IMG/VR virus record: IMGVR_UViG_3300050122_000263
Coordinates: 518,008 to 582,007 of that record
Reading direction: 5' to 3' (one strand)
DNA: 64,000 bases
In this document: piece by piece, positions 56,409-64,000 of the stretch
How positions within the stretch are numbered: the first letter of the stretch is position 1
Layout of the letters: each line of letters begins with the position of its first letter
Notes under the pieces: generated by a model
Seen by the model: the letters and a program-made list of their open reading frames with translations, nothing else
Told to the model about the DNA's origin: nothing
Database searches by the model: none
Program-made: the position numbers and the translations under genes

Positions 56409-59126
56409 ATGGCTGAAAATCAGCGCCAACTGGTGCTGGTGCTTCCATACTTCAATTTTCCCATTCCAATTGAAGCAGCTCGCCAGACCCGCGTCCTGAA
56501 TGCTCAGATCGACTTCAATTTGGCCAGAGGAAATCAGGCCGAGGAAGACTGGAGTTTTAGCATCCGACCAGAGGAGCTATCCGAAGATCTACAAGCGGAC
56601 CCGGTAGCCCAACAAGCTCTGCAAGAATATCTAAGTTTCCTTTTTCTCAACATCCCATTATCAACCACATGGAATGAGAGAGCGTTGATAACCGCTCTAG
56701 ACATAATCAAAGCCTTAGAGTGCCTACAACCAGAGAAACAGATAGCTCAAACCACCTTGTGTGAGCGCTCAATGCAGCTCCTCAGGTTCTACTTTCAGGG
56801 TGAGACAAGCACTCTACCCCGCATCGACGTTATGTTATACTGGTTACAGATAATCCCAATGGAGACACTTCACTTCCTCAGGAAGATGAGCAACCTTCTA
56901 TATGAGACAGACAGCTTCACCCTCTCCATCTTGAATTACTTCAGACAGATCATAGAAGTGAATGAGCAATACGCTTACGCGCTGCAGCCTCATGGTTATC
57001 CAACCGTGCGCTCAGAGCGTATTGACAAATTTGAGCCCAGCTTCTTCCTGCTCGATCCGCTGAGACGCACGAATCCTGAGTTGCCCGACTACATGGGCGC
57101 AGATTATGTAGCTGTCATTCCCACAAATAGTTTCACAGTGGCTCCAGGCCCAGTCGTTATGCCTGATCAAGCTCTCTTCTTGCGTCGTCTATTACAGATC
57201 TTCCCACAGCTGCTCAAGTTCAATGAAGAAATAGGAGCTCTACTGTCACAACAGTATCCTGACCGCTCGGTAGGCTGTGTTCTGACAGGAGCACTGTTTT
57301 CAATTTGTCTAGATGACTGGCTCTTCCAGCACTTCAACAGCAAGACAGTGATTGAACTACATGTCTATGGGCCAACGCCCGCAATCAGGAAGGATGTCTT
57401 TGGGAAGATCCAGTTCTGGTTCTCTGCCAACTTTGGGCGTCAGGACTATAAATTTAGACAGGGGCGCCAAGGATTTGATATTCTACTGTTGAAAGAGAAT
57501 GTACCAGCTTTCGCCCTTAGAATTTTGACGTCTGATGCTAAATCTGCTATGCAGATTTTGAAAGGCCAACAAGTCTCTCATCTTCAGGTAGGTTATGACC
57601 TATATCGTGGTTTGGTTTGTACACCACTCTTCTCCCTCTACTTTAGGCGGAGACTCTCAATTATCGATGATTTTATAATAGAATTCTATAAAGTGGTAAC
57701 TGCAGTTTTCTATGGCTTTGGGTTGCAGATCATCGCACCATTTGCTTATCTGAGTCGTTACACTTTCTATGCGGTCGGATATACGCGTAGGGAACAGGTC
57801 GGATATACGCATGACGAAGCAAGTGGTTACTCCTTTGAAGATATACGAGACCAGGTACTTGTAAAGGGACGACCTAAATTCATCACACGTATACCAGGCG
57901 CCGCAGGGGTACCACAGATTCTATCAGCCGATACAATCGGACCCCGTTACAATCCTCACACAGAGATTCTGGGAGAAAGTGGCGGTTATCAGGTTATTGG
58001 TGATGATAATCGTGTAGACAGTTTAATTCTAGAACGCTGGGATACACCGGCCAGAGCTGCAGGCTGGTCAGACGAAACGATAGATTTTTCATTATCTCCA
58101 GAGTTGAAGGTGCCGCCCCATCTTACAACTATAGAAGGTCTTGGTGATTTACCAAGAGGATTCTACGGCACCCACGAACTCAGAACTTCATTTGTTGATG
58201 CTGGTGTTATGCAAAGTAACTTCGGGCTTGCAAGCCTATTCCTACTGCGTCAGTGTCGCTTTCAATTCTCAGAAAGTTATAGCTTCCCCAATGGCATTAC
58301 AATTAGGACAAGGAACGGACGTAATCGTTTAGCGAAACCGCCCGCTGGATACCTATCTACTGTGAGTACCATACCTACAAATCGTTTCCCATCAGAACAG
58401 GACTTAGCAACAGAGACTAATTTAGTGAAAGAGGTGGTACGTTACCCAAACTTACCAGCTCAACAAGAAAATCCGCCGGAAGATCAGCCAGAGCAAATTT
58501 TGTACTCACTACCTGCCCCATTACCCCTGGAGCATCCAGAGTTACTCCGTTCACCTTACAATTACTACCCAATTACTGTGACTGGAGTGCTCCAACTTAG
58601 GACAGATAATCGTATACGCCCCATCTTAATAGGGGAGATGAGAGATCCGATCGACTTAAGTGATGAGGAGATTCAAGCTCTACCTCTTGTTCAGGCCGAG
58701 CAACTATATGACTTATTGCTAGCGGCAGATCCATTCTTTAACGCACAGGTTATGGCCTACCGAGAGGTCAACTCTGATAATCGAGCAATGGAACGCGCTG
58801 CCGAGGCAGGAATGGGACTGGGTGGTGCCAATGTGCCCACTCGAGGAGAAATGGAACGGATAAGAGGAACTTATGATAGGGCGGTTATCAAATATTCGAA
58901 ACAAACTCCACAGCTGGCAGCTCAGTTGCCCAAATACGTGCGGGTTCAATTGAATGTGCTAATTACGCGTTGGCTCTTCATTGATGAGGGCCAATGGATC
59001 ATGCCTCCTGAAGATATCCTCAAGTATGAGTTCAACTGTGCTCTCAGGAAAAATTCAGAAAACATCATCACCAAGAAGGCTGGGGCTCAGATTGAACTTC
59101 TGCGTTGTTATAAGATCTTCCCTTAA
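56409..59126 (+). CDS. ~900-aa family member 4
   Basis: YAYALQPHGYPTVRSERID, ICLDDWLFQ, SHLQVGYD, WLFIDEG, YKIFP. Confidence 0.75.
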   Translation: MAENQRQLVLVLPYFNFPIPIEAARQTRVLNAQIDFNLARGNQAEEDWSFSIRPEELSEDLQADPVAQQALQEYLSFLFLNIPLSTTWNERALITALDIIKALECLQPEKQIAQTTLCERSMQLLRFYFQGETSTLPRIDVMLYWLQIIPMETLHFLRKMSNLLYETDSFTLSILNYFRQIIEVNEQYAYALQPHGYPTVRSERIDKFEPSFFLLDPLRRTNPELPDYMGADYVAVIPTNSFTVAPGPVVMPDQALFLRRLLQIFPQLLKFNEEIGALLSQQYPDRSVGCVLTGALFSICLDDWLFQHFNSKTVIELHVYGPTPAIRKDVFGKIQFWFSANFGRQDYKFRQGRQGFDILLLKENVPAFALRILTSDAKSAMQILKGQQVSHLQVGYDLYRGLVCTPLFSLYFRRRLSIIDDFIIEFYKVVTAVFYGFGLQIIAPFAYLSRYTFYAVGYTRREQVGYTHDEASGYSFEDIRDQVLVKGRPKFITRIPGAAGVPQILSADTIGPRYNPHTEILGESGGYQVIGDDNRVDSLILERWDTPARAAGWSDETIDFSLSPELKVPPHLTTIEGLGDLPRGFYGTHELRTSFVDAGVMQSNFGLASLFLLRQCRFQFSESYSFPNGITIRTRNGRNRLAKPPAGYLSTVSTIPTNRFPSEQDLATETNLVKEVVRYPNLPAQQENPPEDQPEQILYSLPAPLPLEHPELLRSPYNYYPITVTGVLQLRTDNRIRPILIGEMRDPIDLSDEEIQALPLVQAEQLYDLLLAADPFFNAQVMAYREVNSDNRAMERAAEAGMGLGGANVPTRGEMERIRGTYDRAVIKYSKQTPQLAAQLPKYVRVQLNVLITRWLFIDEGQWIMPPEDILKYEFNCALRKNSENIITKKAGAQIELLRCYKIFP

Positions 59127-59189
59127 TATATCAGCTCTTATGCTCAAATTAAAGAGTAGCTCCAATTATAGGAGCAAACTAATAAATAC

Positions 59190-59211
59190 AAAACATCTTA
59201 TAAGATGTTTT
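59190..59211 (+). terminator. Perfect palindromic 3'-end hairpin
   Basis: aaaacatctta/taagatgtttt. Confidence 0.7.
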
Positions 59212-59321
59212 CATCCAACAGCCCCACTATAAGCTCTCTCCTGTCAATCAAGCTTAACAAGCGCTCAGTACCTTTAAGCAGCTCAGATGGGAACTTTTCG
59301 TTAATATATACACTGAGATAA

Positions 59322-63354
<4,033 letters not shown>

Positions 63355-63698
63355 CCCAACTAGCTATGGAAAATTTAAATTTTCCTCACATCCGAAATAT
63401 ACCCTAATGAATGGGGAGATCCTATACATATATCAACAATATATGTTATGATGATAAGGGAGAGATCCACACCGTCAAGTATCATAACCTGATACCCATG
63501 CTACTCAGCGTCGTAGCTGGAGCAGGTCAGAAGATGAGTGTGGCTCAACTGGAGAGACGAGATAAGTGAATCAGCTTCTCCGATTAATTTAGCCAGACTT
63601 CACATCCACAATTTAAAAAATTTAATATTCACTCAACCGGAGTGAATAATGCTATGTAATCTGATTTGCTAGTGGAGAGTTTAAGCTGAGACACTGAG

Positions 63699-63726
63699 TG
63701 TTCTGGAGTTCTAGAACTCCAGAACA
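63699..63726. repeat. Perfect 28-bp palindrome upstream of collagen gene 3
   Basis: tgttctggagttct/agaactccagaaca. Confidence 0.85.
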
Positions 63727-63763
63727 TAGAGACTCCAGAACATAATTCTGCTATCGCTTAAAA

Positions 63764-64000
63764 ATGGAAGGGGCAAGAGACAGTAGTTCAGGGCCCAAAG
63801 GTTCTCATCAGAATGGCCCTTCAGCTAGTGCATCTGCTAACATTTCAGCTCTACTATCTGGAGCCTCAGGACAGGGATCAAGCAAGATGCCAATTGGCAT
63901 CAAACAAGGAGATGGCACCCATTTCTTCTGCCAAACCATTGATTTTCAGGGTATCACCTCCTGCTGCGGTTTGCCTCCTATCGCTGGCATTGAGATAGGC
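63764..64000 (+). CDS. Collagen-family protein 3, 5' part (runs off the window; absent from ORF track)
   Basis: MEGARDSS...[27 protein letters not shown] matches the N-domain of 59322. Confidence 0.85.
   Translation, partial: MEGARDSSSGPKGSHQNGPSASASANISALLSGASGQGSSKMPIGIKQGDGTHFFCQTIDFQGITSCCGLPPIAGIEIG

Noticed and set aside
63813-63998. 61-aa ORF in the track
   Set aside because: Wrong frame; the frame from 63764 encodes the conserved collagen N-domain

Overview
This window is gene-dense (about 50 intronless-looking ORFs, moderate GC) with no operon or Shine-Dalgarno structure, and I saw no rRNA, tRNA, CRISPR array or transposase. The content fits a giant DNA virus (Nucleocytoviricota; a pithovirus/orpheovirus-like lineage is my guess, since no core marker gene is in the window). 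It encodes a eukaryote-type AsnRS, a PARP, a sterol reductase, F-box, BTB-like, RING and SAM proteins, kinases, CCCH zinc-finger repeat proteins, GxT collagens and many paralog families. The main candidate system is an ADP-ribose module at 45.8-50.6 kb: a WGR-PARP with an intact H-Y-E triad, directly followed by an RNF146/Iduna-like RING-WWE E3 ligase, with a NADAR-like gene and a kinase upstream. A second candidate is a sterol/membrane cluster at 29.1-35.5 kb: a minimal P450-like protein, two CRT-like transporters, a His-rich membrane protein and a DHCR7-like reductase. More than 20 genes end in an AAAAA-led hairpin that shows compensatory base changes, and an AA(A/T/C)TGA motif recurs upstream of many starts. 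All calls come from reading motifs by eye; no searches were run.
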